DNA of 64,000 bases from positions 64,001 to 128,000 of the forward strand of contig CAVVMW010000024.1 in NCBI GenBank assembly GCA_963749495.1, read 5' to 3'. The notes below the pieces were generated by a model, which was not told the origin of the DNA, made no database searches, and saw only the letters and a list, made by a program, of their open reading frames with translations. Below are positions 35,306-47,170 of the stretch, one piece after another. Made by a program: the position numbers and the translations under genes. How positions within the stretch are numbered: the first letter of the stretch is position 1; each line of letters begins with the position of its first letter. The DNA comes from an uncultured bacterium. Lineage in GTDB: Bacteria; Verrucomicrobiota; Verrucomicrobiia; Limisphaerales; UBA8199.

Positions 35306-36991
35306 ATGATTGCAACCGAATCCTCCGCGAAACTGTCGCGCAACGAGCGGCTTAAAGAGGGCAACCCGCTCCTGGCGGGCACCATCGGGCAGGCCCTGGC
35401 GGATTCCTCGGTGGATCGGTTCACCGAGGACGACTATGAATTCCTCAAATTCCACGGGGTCTATCAGCAGGACGATCGGGATCTGCGTAAGACGGGCAAG
35501 CGATACAGCCTGATGGTGCGGACCAAGTTTCCGGGGGGAGTGCTGAGGGCGTCGCAGTATTTGGCGTGCGACCGCCTATCGAGCGAGTATGGAAACGCCA
35601 CGATGCGGATAACGACGCGCCAGGACTTTCAGTTCCATGGGATCCTCAAAGGCAACCTGCGCCAGACGATCCAGAGCCTCAACCAGACCCTGGTCACAAC
35701 GATAGGAGCGTGCGGCGACGTGGTGCGGAACGTGATGGCCCCTCCCACGCCGGCGACCAGTCCGTTGGTCGAGAAGGTGCTGGAGGAGGCGCGCGGGTTA
35801 TCGGGCCGGCTCGTGCCCAGGACGCCCGCCTACCATGCAATCTGGGTCGAGGGCAAGGAGCTGGATTTGCGCCAGGAATCCAATGCCGCTTTCACCGACC
35901 CGTTTTACGGGAAGACCTACCTGCCGCGGAAGTTCAAGTTCGCCTTTGCGATTCCGCCCCTGAACGACATTGACATTTTCACCAACGACGCCGGGTTCGT
36001 GGTGATCGAGGAAAATGGGCAACTGGCAGGATACAACCTGCTGGCCGGGGGCGGGATGGGGATGTCTCACGGCAATCCCCAGACCTTTCCCCGGGTGGCG
36101 GATGTAATTGGCTTTATCAGGCCGGAACAGGTGGAGGCCGCCGCCAGGGCCGTGGTGGCGATACACCGCGATTTCGGCGATCGAGCCAACCGCAAGCATG
36201 CCCGGCTCAAGTACATCATCGCGGAGCGCGGCGTGGAGTGGTTTCGCTCCGAGATGCAGCGGCAGATGGGTTTCGAGTTTGCCCCGGCGCGTCCGTTCCG
36301 ATTCACCGCCCAGGGCGACAAGCTGGGCTGGCACCTGCAGAGTGACGGCAACTGTTTCCTGGGGCTTTTCGTAGAAAACGGCCGGATTCGGGATGCGGGC
36401 GATTATCGGCTCAAGAGCGGCCTGCGCGAGGCCATCGGGCGGTTCCAACCCGAGGTCCGGCTGACGCCCTCGCAGAACCTCCTGCTAGTTGGGCTGCGCC
36501 CCGACCAGCGCCCCGGCCTCGACAAGCTGCTGGGCGAGCACGGGGTCCGGACCAGCAATCCGTTCAGTCGCACGCGCCTGGCCTCGATGGCCTGCCCGGC
36601 CTTGCCCACCTGCGGCCTGGCGTTGGCGGAATCCGAGCGCGTGCTGCCCGATTTGTTGACTGGAATCGAGCGCCTGCAGGCGGAGTTGGGGCTGCAGGAG
36701 GAGGAACTGATCGTCCGCATGACCGGCTGCCCCAATGGCTGCTCCAGGCCCTATATGGCCGAGATAGCCTTTGTGGGCAAGGCCCCGAACAAGTACCAGA
36801 TTTACCTGGGCGGCAACGAACCCAGCACCCGGCTCAACCGGCTCTACAAAGACTCGGTCAAAGGGGAGGATCTGGTCAACGAGTTGCGGCCCCTCCTGGC
36901 GCGCTTCGTCAAGGAGCGCGCCGCCGGGGAACGCTTCGGCGATTTCTGTGCGCGGGTGATCTTGGGCACCACGGAAGCATCTAAACCTTAG
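35306..36991 (+). CDS. cysI: Assimilatory sulfite reductase hemoprotein
   Basis: LKFHGVYQQ, YLPRKFK, ACPALPTCGL and TGCPNGC motifs. Confidence 0.93.
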   Translation: MIATESSAKLSRNERLKEGNPLLAGTIGQALADSSVDRFTEDDYEFLKFHGVYQQDDRDLRKTGKRYSLMVRTKFPGGVLRASQYLACDRLSSEYGNATMRITTRQDFQFHGILKGNLRQTIQSLNQTLVTTIGACGDVVRNVMAPPTPATSPLVEKVLEEARGLSGRLVPRTPAYHAIWVEGKELDLRQESNAAFTDPFYGKTYLPRKFKFAFAIPPLNDIDIFTNDAGFVVIEENGQLAGYNLLAGGGMGMSHGNPQTFPRVADVIGFIRPEQVEAAARAVVAIHRDFGDRANRKHARLKYIIAERGVEWFRSEMQRQMGFEFAPARPFRFTAQGDKLGWHLQSDGNCFLGLFVENGRIRDAGDYRLKSGLREAIGRFQPEVRLTPSQNLLLVGLRPDQRPGLDKLLGEHGVRTSNPFSRTRLASMACPALPTCGLALAESERVLPDLLTGIERLQAELGLQEEELIVRMTGCPNGCSRPYMAEIAFVGKAPNKYQIYLGGNEPSTRLNRLYKDSVKGEDLVNELRPLLARFVKERAAGERFGDFCARVILGTTEASKP

Positions 36992-37043
36992 CCCCAAGCG
37001 CGGCCGTCTTACGCAGGGTGAGCGCTCATACACACCGTCGGAT

Positions 37044-37270
37044 TCATCCCGGAGGGATGAAAGAAGGTAGCCGGGGGTCGAAGCGCAGCGAGACCCCCGG
37101 TCCGCGGACCGCTTGCCTCTGCATCCCGGAGGGATGCCAGAAGCCCGCCCACCCAGCCCCGCGCGGTCTTCTGGCACCCCGTTCCGGGGTGCAGGGTCGT
37201 TCTCCCCCTGGACCGGGGGTCGCGCCGATGGCGCGACCCCCGGCTTCCATCTGGCAACCCTCCGGGTTGC
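37044..37270. repeat. REP-like composite palindrome (CATCCCGGAGGGATG..GGTAGCCGGGGGTC)
   Basis: Same architecture as the tnpA flanks. Confidence 0.65.
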
Positions 37271-37310
37271 ACCATGTCTGCGCAGGCGGCCCGGGCAGGA
37301 GGGGAAGCCG

Positions 37311-38070
37311 GTGAGCGAGTCCGAGCGTGGGCCTGGGAGGCTGGATGCCGCGGAGGCGCGATGCCTGAACGAGCGATTCAGCGGGCGGCCGACGGTGGAG
37401 TTGCTGGGCTGGGCCTGGGAGAGGTTTGGCACGCGCGCCGCCATCGGCACCAGTTTTCAGGGGGCCGGGCTGGTCATGTTGGACCTGGCCGCCAAGGCCG
37501 GCCTGGCCTTGCCGGTCTTCACACTCGATACCGGCCTGCTTCTTCCCCGAGACCTTGTCCCTCAAGCGCCGGCTGGAGGACTTTTTCCAAATCAAGATCC
37601 AGACCCTCCAACCGGACCTGACGCTGCCCGAGCAGGCGGACATCCACGGCCCGGAACTGTGGACGCGCGACCCCGACCTCTGCTGCACGGTCCGCAAGGT
37701 CCTGCCGCTGCGCGACGAGCTCTGCGATCTGGATTGCTGGATTACGGGCCTGCGCCGCGAGCAATCCGACACCCGTGCCGGCATCGGCCTGGTCGAGTTG
37801 TATGTCTTTGACGAGGCCTCCGGACGCGACATCGTCAAGCTCAACCCGATGGCCCATTGGACACGGGAGGCGGTTTGGGAGTATCTTCGCAAAAACCATG
37901 TCCCGTACAATCCGCTCCAGGACCAGGGCTACCGCTCGATCGGCTGCCAGCCGTGTACGCGCCAAAGCGCCAATGGCCAGGGCGAACGGGCCGGCCGCTG
38001 GACCGGTTTTGGCAAGGTCGAGTGCGGCATCCACACCTTCATGCCCAAGAAGGTTGATTTCGAGATCTGA
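37311..38070 (+). CDS. cysH: (P)APS reductase, Fe-S type (frameshift near 37545)
   Basis: [21 protein letters not shown] and ECGIH motifs. Confidence 0.88.
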
Positions 38071-38072
38071 TC

Positions 38073-38885
38073 ATGGATTACCTGTCTAGACTCGAAAACC
38101 AGAGCATTTACATCCTGCGGGAGGCCCTCAACCACTTCGAGCGCCTGGCCATGCTCTGGAGCATCGGCAAGGACTCGACGGTGCTGCTGTGGCTGGCGCG
38201 GAAGGCCTTTTTCGGCCACGTCCCCTTCCCCCTGGTACACGTGGACACCTCCTATAAGATCCCGTCCATGCTCGAATACCGCGACCGCCTGGTGCGCGAC
38301 TGGAAGCTCCGGCTCATTATCGGGCGCAACGAATCGGCGCTCCATGGCGGCCTGACCTTTCCCAACGGCAAGGCCACGCGCGTCGAGTGCTGCGCCGCGC
38401 TCAAGAAAGACGCCCTCAAACAGGTCCTTGACCGCCACCACTTCACGGGCGTCATCGTGGGCGTGCGCCGCGATGAGGAGCCGACCCGCGCCAAGGAGCG
38501 GTATTTCAGCCCGCGCGATAAGAACATGGAATGGAACGTCGAGGACCAGCCCCCCGAATTGTGGGACCAGTTCAAGACCGATTTCGAGCCCGGCACCCAC
38601 ATCCGCATCCACCCTCTCCTGCACTGGACTGAGGTCAATGTCTGGGAATACATCGAACGCGAGCACATCCCCGTCATCCCGCTCTATTTCGACAACGGCC
38701 GGGGGGAACGCTACCGCAGCCTGGGCTGCGCCCCCTGCACACTGCCCGTCAAGTCCACCGCCCGCACCGTCCGCCAGATCATCGAGGAACTGCGCCTGAC
38801 CCGCACGCCTGAACGCTCCGGCCGCGCCCAGGACCAGGAGAGCGAGGAGGCCTTCGAGAAGCTCAGGCGGGATGGGTATATGTGA
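38073..38885 (+). CDS. cysD: Sulfate adenylyltransferase subunit 2
   Basis: [23 protein letters not shown]. Confidence 0.93.
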   Translation: MDYLSRLENQSIYILREALNHFERLAMLWSIGKDSTVLLWLARKAFFGHVPFPLVHVDTSYKIPSMLEYRDRLVRDWKLRLIIGRNESALHGGLTFPNGKATRVECCAALKKDALKQVLDRHHFTGVIVGVRRDEEPTRAKERYFSPRDKNMEWNVEDQPPELWDQFKTDFEPGTHIRIHPLLHWTEVNVWEYIEREHIPVIPLYFDNGRGERYRSLGCAPCTLPVKSTARTVRQIIEELRLTRTPERSGRAQDQESEEAFEKLRRDGYM

Positions 38886-38981
38886 GCAATGACGAATGGA
38901 CCGAATGCGGAGTGCGGAGTGCGGAATGCGGAGTGTTCCGGTGGGCCAGTTGGGCCAGGATTGCGGCGCGGGAAATGACGA

Positions 38982-40921
38982 ATGACCTTGAATCCTCCAG
39001 CACTCCCGGATAACGGCCAAGAAACGGGCGACGCGGCACCGCCGGCGGCCACCGCTCCAAGCGAGCAGCTCCGGATCGTGATTGTCGGCCACGTGGACCA
39101 TGGCAAATCGACGTTCGTGGGCCGGCTGCTGCACGACGCCGGGGCGCTGGCCCAGGGCAAGGTCGAGCAACTCCAGGCCATCGCGCAACGGCGCGGCGTG
39201 CCCTTCGAGTGGGCCAACCTGATGGACGCCTTGCAGGCGGAGCGGGACCAGAACATCACGATTGATACGGCGCAGATCTGGTTTCGCACCGCCCGGCGCC
39301 AGTACGTCATCATCGACGCCCCGGGCCACAAGGAATTCCTCAAGAACATGGTCACAGGCGCGGCCAGCGCGGAGGCGGCGCTGTTGCTCATCGATGCCCG
39401 CGACGGCGTGCAGGAAAACTCCCGCCGCCACGGCTACCTCCTCCATCTCCTGGGCATCCGGCAAATCGCCGTGCTGGTCAACAAGATGGACCTCGAGAAC
39501 TATAGCCGGATCCGCTTCGAGCGCATCGAGTCCGAGTACCGCGCCTGGCTGCAGAGCATCGGGCTCCAGCCCCGGATCTTCATCCCGATCTCGGCCCGGC
39601 ACAGGGCGACAACCTGGCGGCGCCCAGCGCCAACATGCCATGGTGGCGCGGCCCGACCGTGCTCCAAGCGCTGGACGGGCTCCCGGCGGCGGACCTGCCC
39701 AAAGATCAGCCGTTGCGTTTTGCCCTCCAGGACGTTTACCGCTTCGATCATCGCCGCATCCTGGCGGGCCGCGTCGAGGCGGGCACGGTGCGGGTGGGCG
39801 ACCGGCTCCTGTTCTCGCCCGGCAACAAGACCAGCACCGTCCAGAGCATCGAGCGCTGGAGCGCGCCGCCCGCCCAGGCCGCCGCGGCAGGCGAATCCAT
39901 CGGCCTCATTCTGGCCGAGCAGATCTTCGTCGAGCGGGGCGCCGTGGCCGCCCACGAAACCAACCCGCCCTACGAACTGTCCAGCTTCAAGGCCCGCCTG
40001 TTCTGGATGGGCAAGCGACCCTTCGAGCAAGGCAGGGCCTACAAGCTCAAGCTCGCCACCCAGCACGTCGAGTGCCGCATTCAATCGATCGAGAAGGTCA
40101 TCGATGCCGCCACGCTCCAGACCCTCCCGCGCAAGGAAAACGAAGTCTTCGTGGGCCGCCACGAGGTCGCCGAACTCACCCTCCACACCAAGCGGCCCAT
40201 CGCCTTCGACGCCCACGCCGACATCGCCCCGACGGGCCGGTTCGTGATTGTGGACGGCTTGGACGTCGCGGGCGGCGGCATCATCGCGGCGGACAATTAC
40301 CCGCGCCGCACCCACGACGCCCACACCAAGAGCGACAACATTTACTGGAGCGGCGGGCGCGTGACCGCCCGGCAGCGCGAGTTGCGCAACGCGCACCCGG
40401 GCTGTGTGCTCTGGCTCACCGGCCTGTCCAGCTCCGGCAAATCCACCATCGCCGCCGAACTCGAACGCGAACTCTTCAACCTGGGCCGCCAGGTCTATGT
40501 CCTGGACGGCGACCGCGTCCGCCACGGCCTCTGCTCGGACCTGGCCTTCTCGCCGCAGGACAGGACCGAGAATATCCGGCGCGTGGGCGAGGTGGCCAAG
40601 CTCTTCGCCGATGCCGGCTTGATCTGCATCACTGCGTTTATCTCGCCCTATCGCTCGGACCGGGAGTGTGTCCGCAAGCTCCTGCCTCCAGGCCGGTTCG
40701 TGGAGGTCTTCGTCAACGCCCCGCTGGCCGTCTGCGAGCAGCGCGACCCCAAGGGCCTCTACGCCAGGGCGCGGGCCAAGGAGGTCAAGGAATTCACCGG
40801 CGTCTCCGCCCCCTATGAGCCTCCGTCCAACCCGGAACTGGAGCTGCGCACCGACCACCTCACGGTCGCCGAATCCGTGGCCAAGGTGCTCGATTACCTG
40901 CAGGTCCAGGATGCCGGCTGA
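38982..40921 (+). CDS. cysNC: Fused sulfate adenylyltransferase subunit 1 / APS kinase (frameshift near 39603)
   Basis: [14 protein letters not shown] and [17 protein letters not shown] and FTGVSAPYE. Confidence 0.9.
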
Positions 40922-41002
40922 GGCGTATCGATCTAGGAAAAAGCTTGAGGGATCTCCACGGCTCTGGCGTATAATCCTCCCAGCGAAAGCACACGCACAT
41001 TT

Positions 41003-41336
41003 ATGAAAAAACTCAAGAGCCTGGCCGCGCTCCTCCTGGCAACGTCCCTTTTGGGCGCTGCGCTCTCGGGGCTTGCGGCCGACCAGAAGGCCGACGCCAA
41101 ACCCAAATCCAAGGCCAAACCCTACATCCTGAAGACCTGCCCGGTCTCCGGAGACAAACTGGGCGAGATGGGCGACCCCTATGTGTTCGAGTACCGAGGG
41201 GCGGGAGATCAAGCTCTGCTGCAAGTCCTGTTTGAAGGACTTCAAGAAGGATGCGCCCAAGTACATCAAGCAAATCGAGAAGGCGGAGGCCAAGGAGAAG
41301 CAAAAGGCAAAAGAAAAGGCCGATGCCAAGAAGTAG
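41003..41336 (+). CDS. Small secreted YHS/TRASH-like protein (frameshift near 41195)
   Basis: TCPVSG..GREIKLCCKSC across two frames. Confidence 0.65.
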
Positions 41337-41541
41337 CGGCGACGGCGAGGGCAATAAAAAAGCCGCCCCTCCCTGGTTGGCGGCTGAGAATCTGTTGGCA
41401 ACATTATACTTACCACATTTCTCGGATGCGCGATATGGGGGGTTTCCCCCAGGCCTAGGCCGGCCAAGAAATAGGCCCTGGCTCGCGCTTGATCCCCCGA
41501 CACTAACACAAAGCTCGGGTCAGGGCCTCTGAAAGCCCCGC

Positions 41542-41775
41542 TCAGTCTTCGCAGTACCTCAGCGCCACCCTCTCGGGCGGCACGCGCCGGACCTCGCGGC
41601 GGTCACGATCGTTGAAGGCAAAGGCCAGCTCCACTTCCTGGAGGCGCCAGGTCTGGATGAAACTCAGCGCCCGGTCAATCGACTTGAAATTAAAGGCCTG
41701 GCCGGGGTCGCTCGTCCATCGGTCCGGCCCCTGGAAGTAAAGCCCGTTCGACATCTTCCGCAACAGCGTTCTCAT
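41542..41775 (-). CDS. Small hypothetical protein
   Basis: Protein-like ORF in an otherwise intergenic gap. Confidence 0.55.
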   Translation of the reverse strand: MRTLLRKMSNGLYFQGPDRWTSDPGQAFNFKSIDRALSFIQTWRLQEVELAFAFNDRDRREVRRVPPERVALRYCED

Positions 41776-42123
41776 GACTGCCCGCAAACTCCACTATTCA
41801 TATTCCTTCACTTGCCCATTATATCCATGCAACCACACTGCATACCACGGCTATAGCATTGCCAATGCCAACCATCGTTTTCCACGGGAATGGGCGCTTT
41901 TGCGGGCATCGGGCTGCCGAGGATGCGTGGTTTTCACGCATTTTGCGTGAAGATCACGCATTGTCATCCTCACTCAGGGTTCCGGCCCCCCTACCGGAAC
42001 AAGAGCCGCCCCTCCTTGGAACGGCGGCCGAGAATCTGTTGGCGTCCTCTTTCCAGCTCATCCCCAGACTCAGGGAAAAGGGGCATCGACCCCACTTTGG
42101 AGTCAGGCCTCACCCCTATTGCC

Positions 42124-42486
42124 TCAGATGCCGCGCTCGGTGAGGATGGCGTTCTTCTCGCCCAGGACGATGACGTGGGGTTTCCAGAACCTGGCCTCGC
42201 CGAGGTCGGCCTCAGTGAAGCTCATGATGGTCAGGCGGTCGCCGGGCTTGCCCAGGTGGGCGGCGGCGCCGTTGAGGATGATCTGACCGGAGCCGCGTTC
42301 TCCAGGGATGGCATAGGTCTCAAACCGGGCGGCATTGGCCACATTGCTGCAGAGGATCCGCTCATAGGGCAGCAGGCCGACCTTATCCATGAGGTCGCGG
42401 TCGATGGTCATGCTCCCCTCGTACTCGGAGTTGGCGCCGGTGACCACCGCGCGGTGAATTTTCGATTTTAGTATGTGAACCAGCAT
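42124..42486 (-). CDS. panD: Aspartate 1-decarboxylase
   Basis: KSKIHRA, YEGS, RFETY and NGAAAH motifs. Confidence 0.95.
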   Translation of the reverse strand: MLVHILKSKIHRAVVTGANSEYEGSMTIDRDLMDKVGLLPYERILCSNVANAARFETYAIPGERGSGQIILNGAAAHLGKPGDRLTIMSFTEADLGEARFWKPHVIVLGEKNAILTERGI

Positions 42487-42574
42487 AATCAGGCCGGCAC
42501 GAGTGCCCCCTTACTCTAGTCCCGAGCAGGCCCGAGTGCAAAGCGGGTTGGCAGGCAGTTCGGGCTACCTGGCC

Positions 42575-42779
42575 GGGCCATTGACAAAGTCGCTCGGCGC
42601 GCTCGTGCGCCAGGGAGGGGCGCCAGCGTAGCGCAGGTTTCCAAACCTGCTGTATCGCGGGTTTCCAACCCGCAGGCCGTCCGCAAACCGGGGGCGCTCG
42701 ACATGCCGGCGCCCTGCCGATTGGAAATCGGCGATACAGCAGGTTTGGAAACCTGCGCTACGACTTTGTCAACGGCCCT
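42575..42779. repeat. Intact family B REPIN inside a GGGCCRTTGACAAAGT terminal inverted repeat envelope (empty-site equivalent of the LSR target)
   Basis: Reverse complement matches 32077-32216 joined to 35157-35219. Confidence 0.9.
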
Positions 42780-42782
42780 CGC

Positions 42783-45319
42783 CTACCTGGGCGCGGCGCT
42801 GTACACCATCCAGGCCGAGTCGGGCCTGGACTTGAGGGAGAGGGGCAGGCCCTGGTCAAGCAACTCCTGGCCCCGGTACACGACCTGCCGCTGCGTATCG
42901 AGATCGGTGACCCGGTATGCTGCCTGCGGGTCCAACGCCCGGAGGACAAACCGCGCTGATTCATAAGGGCTTTGCGGGCGGCGCAGCACGACCACCATGC
43001 CGCTTCCCAGGTCCGGGCGATCCAGTTGGTAGGCCATCCAGGCGTCGCCCTCCTGCGAATAGCTGGTCAGCGGGTAGTAGTCGCCGTAATAGTACTGCCG
43101 GGCTTTGAGGTATTGCTGGAGGGTCGCTTTGGCCCAGGCGAACGGAAAGTCGTCCGGGATGCGCTCGGCCGGGGCATCGCCCGAGACCCACCAGTTGAGG
43201 CACAGCCCGCTGCACATGCTGCTGCGAAATTCGTAGTTGTCGCCCGCTCGATCCTGGCTGGTGGCGCTCAGGGGGACCCACTCGAGCAGTCCGTAGGTGT
43301 GGCACTGGTGAGCGACCGGATCGCGCGGACCATCCGTGCGCCAGAACGGCGTGGCCCGCCCCACCGTCTCGAGGTCGATGCGCCGCCCGCCGCTGGCGCA
43401 ATTGTCGATCAGCAGCCCCGGGTTACGTTCCAGCAACTCGTCCCAGAAGGCATAGAGGCCCTCGATGTGCCGGATCTCGGCCATGCCCTGCCGGTCCGGC
43501 GCGTCGGCTCTGCGCCAGAAGGGCAGCGGGTCCATGTTGAAATCCTGGCGATAGCATCCCAGCCCGAACTCGCGCACCTTGGCGCAAATGAAATCCGCCA
43601 GGAACTTTCGCGCCTCGGGATTGCCCAGGTTGAAGAGCAGGCTCTCGCCCCCTGCGTCCAGCAGCCACTGGGGATGGTCCCGGTGCCATGGCGTCCCTTT
43701 ATAAACCCGCTCCGGCTCGAACCAGAGCATCAGCTCGCGCCCAGACTGGCGCAGGGCGTCGCTCAGTGGCTTGAACCCGGCGGGGTAAAGGTCCGGCTTG
43801 ACCTGCCAATTGCCGACGTTGACGGGCCAGGCGCCCTGGCCGAACCACTCGGCGTCGATCCAATAATAGTCGATGGGCAACTCCTGGCGGACGATCTTGC
43901 GGATATTGTCCAGGTGTACCTCGGCCCGCGTGCCGCCCCAGTTGCCGCAAGTCACGGGAGCCACCAGCGGCTGGCCGGCGCGCATGGGCCGATGGTGGGC
44001 GAGCAGGAACTGGCGCAGCAGGTTCTGTCCGCGCCAGCGGTCCCCCTCGTAGAAGAGCAGGAGCATCCTCGGCGTGCGAATCGTCTCGCCCGGATAGAGC
44101 ACCAGGTGAGTCCGGTCCATGCCCACCTTCATGGACACCTCGCCGCGCGGGCCACAAGCGAACTCGGCCGCCCATTCGCCGCTCCAGCCCGCCGCCGCCA
44201 CAATGCCGCCGTTGGCCCCCTCGATATTGAAGAAGGGCAGCACCTGGCTGGAGGAACGGCCGCCACCGGGCTGGAGCCGGAGCCTGGCGCCAGGCTCAAG
44301 CGCCTGTTGCTGCGGCGCAAAGTCATCGAACGAGGCCACCGCCCCTTTGGCCCAGTGGAGCACCGCCTGGCCTGCGGTGGGCACGGGCAGCACGGCGTCC
44401 AGGGCCTGGATGGCCTCCAGCAGGGGCGTGTTGGTCTCTTGCGTGTTGGCCAGGCGCACGACCCATTCGACCGCGGGGAAATCGGTGAACTGCACCGCTT
44501 CGAGCCGGACTTCCAGCCCGCCTGCCGGGTCGTGCCAGGTGGCTTGCCGGCGCCGGCCCTGGCCTTCGACCCGTTGCTCCTGGCCCTGGCGCGGCCAGCC
44601 GCTCAACAGCCCGGCGCTGTTGGCGCCGCGGCAACGAAAGGAGAAGCCGTATGGATTGGCGTCCGCACTCCCTGCCCAGGGCAAATCCTGAAGCCGCCGG
44701 CGCGTCCCGTCCTCAGCACCACCACCGCCTCCCCCCAAAGCGCCTGGTCCCAGCCTCGCCCGTCTCCGCCGTCCTTGACCCGGATCTCGAATTCACGCGC
44801 CCCGCCCAGCGGGAGGTCCAGGGCCATCGGGCCGTCTTTGCGCCGGCGCACCGGCGAGGCGAATGCCTCCTTGCCCCCGACCAAGACGTGGAAGGTGACC
44901 GACCCCTGGCCCAGTGCCTCGCCTCGCCGCGTGTCGTCGTTGTTCTCCAGGCCGATCTCCGCGGTGAACCGTTGCGCCGGTCCGCCGGGGTGGACCAGGA
45001 TGTGCTTGGTGGAGTTGAAGGCGATGCCGTGCGAGTAGGTCTTGTCGCCCAGTTGGTAGGGCGTGCCTCGCCACGATTTGCCGCGGGTTATCCCATCGGG
45101 CACGTCTTCATACAACAGCTTGAGATACTGGCCCCCTCCTGCCGCGGCATCGGTGCTGAAAAGCCGATCTACCCACGCCCCGCACGCCATGAACTCCCCC
45201 GCCTGCGGCGTCACTGCCGGGGCACGGCAAGCCGCGCACGCTAAAACCAGCCCGAGGGCCGCAACGGCCCGAAACTCATCTCGCACTGCTCCTTTTGCAG
45301 GAATGTGTATGAAAATCAT
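42783..45319 (-). CDS. NPCBM-domain GH36-like alpha-galactosidase (frameshift near 44712)
   Basis: WIDAEWF, LWFEPE, YRQDFN and DNCASGGRR motifs; N-terminal NPCBM-like module. Confidence 0.8.
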
Positions 45320-45404
45320 AGTGGGCTCTCGACGGTTTTCTTCTCAGAACGGTTCTAGTCTAACCCGCTCCCAGGCCGCGAGAAAAGCCCTCTTTTCTGT
45401 ATCG

Positions 45405-46280
45405 CACCGCGTAGCGGTGCCTGAAGGCAAGCCCGTCAGGCGTCACTACGCGACGCGGGACCGTTCCCGCGCCGCAAACCGTGGACCGAGGTCCACGGCT
45501 ACCTTCAGTGCGTCGCTCCGCGACGTGCGCGCTGAGTCCGGCTCACCGCGTAGCGGTGCCCGATGGTAGCCGTGGACTTCTAGTCCACGGACCTATGGCC
45601 CAAGCTCAACCGCGTCGCGTAGCGACGCCTGAAAACCGCAACGCGGGACCGTTCCCACGCCGCAAACCGTGGACCGAGGTCCACGGCTGCCTTCATCCCC
45701 TCGCTCCGCAACGTGCGCGCTGAGTCCGGCTCACCGCGTAGCGGTGCCCGATGGTAGCCGTGGACTTCCAGTCCACGGACCTATGGCCCAAGCTCGACCG
45801 CGTCGCGTAGCGACGCCTGAAAACCGCGACGCGGGACCGTTCCCACGCCGCAAACCGTGGACCGAGGTCCACGGCTGCCTTCATCCCCTCGCTCCGCAAC
45901 GTGCGCGCTGAGTCCGGCTCACCGCGTAGCGGTGCCCGATGGTAGCCGTGGACTTCCAGTCCACGGACCTATGGCCCAAGCTCAACCGCGTCGCGTAGCG
46001 ACGCCTGAAAACCGCGACGCGGGACCGTTCCCACGCTGCAAACCGTGGACCGAGGTCCACGGCTTACCTTCAGTGCGTCGCTCCGCGACGTTCCGCGCTG
46101 AGTCCGGCTCACCGCGTAGCGGTGCCCGATGGTAGCCGTGGACTTCCAGTCCACGGACCTATGGCCCAAGCTCAACCGCGTCGCGTAGCGACGCCTGAAA
46201 ACCGCAACGCGGGACCGTTCCCGCGCCGCAAACCGTGGACCGAGGTCCACGGCTGCCTTCATCCCCTCGCTCCGCGACGC
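45405..46280. repeat. Tandem array of 188-190-bp REPIN units (BIME-like)
   Basis: Units start at 45545, 45733, 45921 and 46111, plus a partial unit at about 45406. Confidence 0.9.
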
Positions 46281-46315
46281 GCCCGAGCGGTCTCCCCGTT
46301 CTTTCCGCAACGCCC

Positions 46316-47083
46316 TTAGGCTCGCCGCGCAAACCATTGCTTGAGTTTCTCCAGCGCGCGGGCGCGATGGCTCAACCGGTTCTTGCTCCCTTCGCCCAGT
46401 TCGCCGAAGGTCCGGTCGCAACCCGCCGGAACAAAGAGAGGATCATAGCCAAAACCTCCCTGGCCGCGCAAGGACGAGATAATCCGGCCTTCGCAGACGC
46501 CTTCGAACAGTTCCGTGAGCAACTCGAGTTCGTTTGCCTGGCAGACCGGCAACGCGGTTTGCGGTTCCTGGGGCACCACCGGCGTCAGCGCCAGGAGGCA
46601 GCGGAACCGGGCGGTCCGTCGTTCGGCAGGGACATCTTTGAGCAGGCGCAGGAGCTTCGCATTGTTTTCGGCACTCGAGCAATTGCCGAGCCGCCCGCTC
46701 TCCACCGCGGCAAACCTGGCTGAGTGTGCCCCCGGCTGGCCGCCCAGCGCGTCCACCTCCAGCCCGGAATCATCCGCCAGGACAAAGAGGAGGGAATGAG
46801 GAATGACGAATGACGAATGACGAATGACGAATGACGAGCTCGGACTGTGGACTGCGGACTGTGGACTGTGGACTGTGGACTGTGGACTGTGGACTGTGGC
46901 CAGCCACCGCGCCAGTTCGATCGCCTTCTTGGAGGCGTTGCCCGCAAACGTCGCGGCATCTTCGGTCACCGTGGGCGCCCCCGGGACATCATCGAGAGTC
47001 AGGCAGCGAAACTGCTCCCCGAGGATCGCGCGGATTTCTCCGACCTTATGGGCGTTGCGCGTGGCGATGAGCAATGTAATCAT
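46316..47083 (-). CDS. rdgB: RdgB/HAM1 non-canonical purine NTP pyrophosphatase with in-frame heptamer insert
   Basis: ATRNAHK, ADDSGLEVDAL, GFGYDP and KNRLSHR motifs. Confidence 0.9.
   Translation of the reverse strand: MITLLIATRNAHKVGEIRAILGEQFRCLTLDDVPGAPTVTEDAATFAGNASKKAIELARWLATVHSPQSTVHSPQSAVHSPSSSFVIRHSSFVIPHSLLFVLADDSGLEVDALGGQPGAHSARFAAVESGRLGNCSSAENNAKLLRLLKDVPAERRTARFRCLLALTPVVPQEPQTALPVCQANELELLTELFEGVCEGRIISSLRGQGGFGYDPLFVPAGCDRTFGELGEGSKNRLSHRARALEKLKQWFARRA
46794..46899 (-). repeat. Heptamer cassette (AGTCCAC)n plus (CATTCGT)n, in frame in rdgB
   Basis: Encodes TVHSPQS.. and [12 protein letters not shown]. Confidence 0.9.
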
Positions 47084-47170
47084 GCGCCGGCAAAATACCG
47101 CAGCCGGGCTGGAAAGGCGGCAGAAAAAATTTGATTTTCTCGGCCGGCGTTTTTGGGGCATTGTTTGAGC

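Noticed and set aside
45405..46280. CRISPR array
   Set aside because: Units are near-identical along their whole 188 bp, with no unique spacers and no cas genes in the window.
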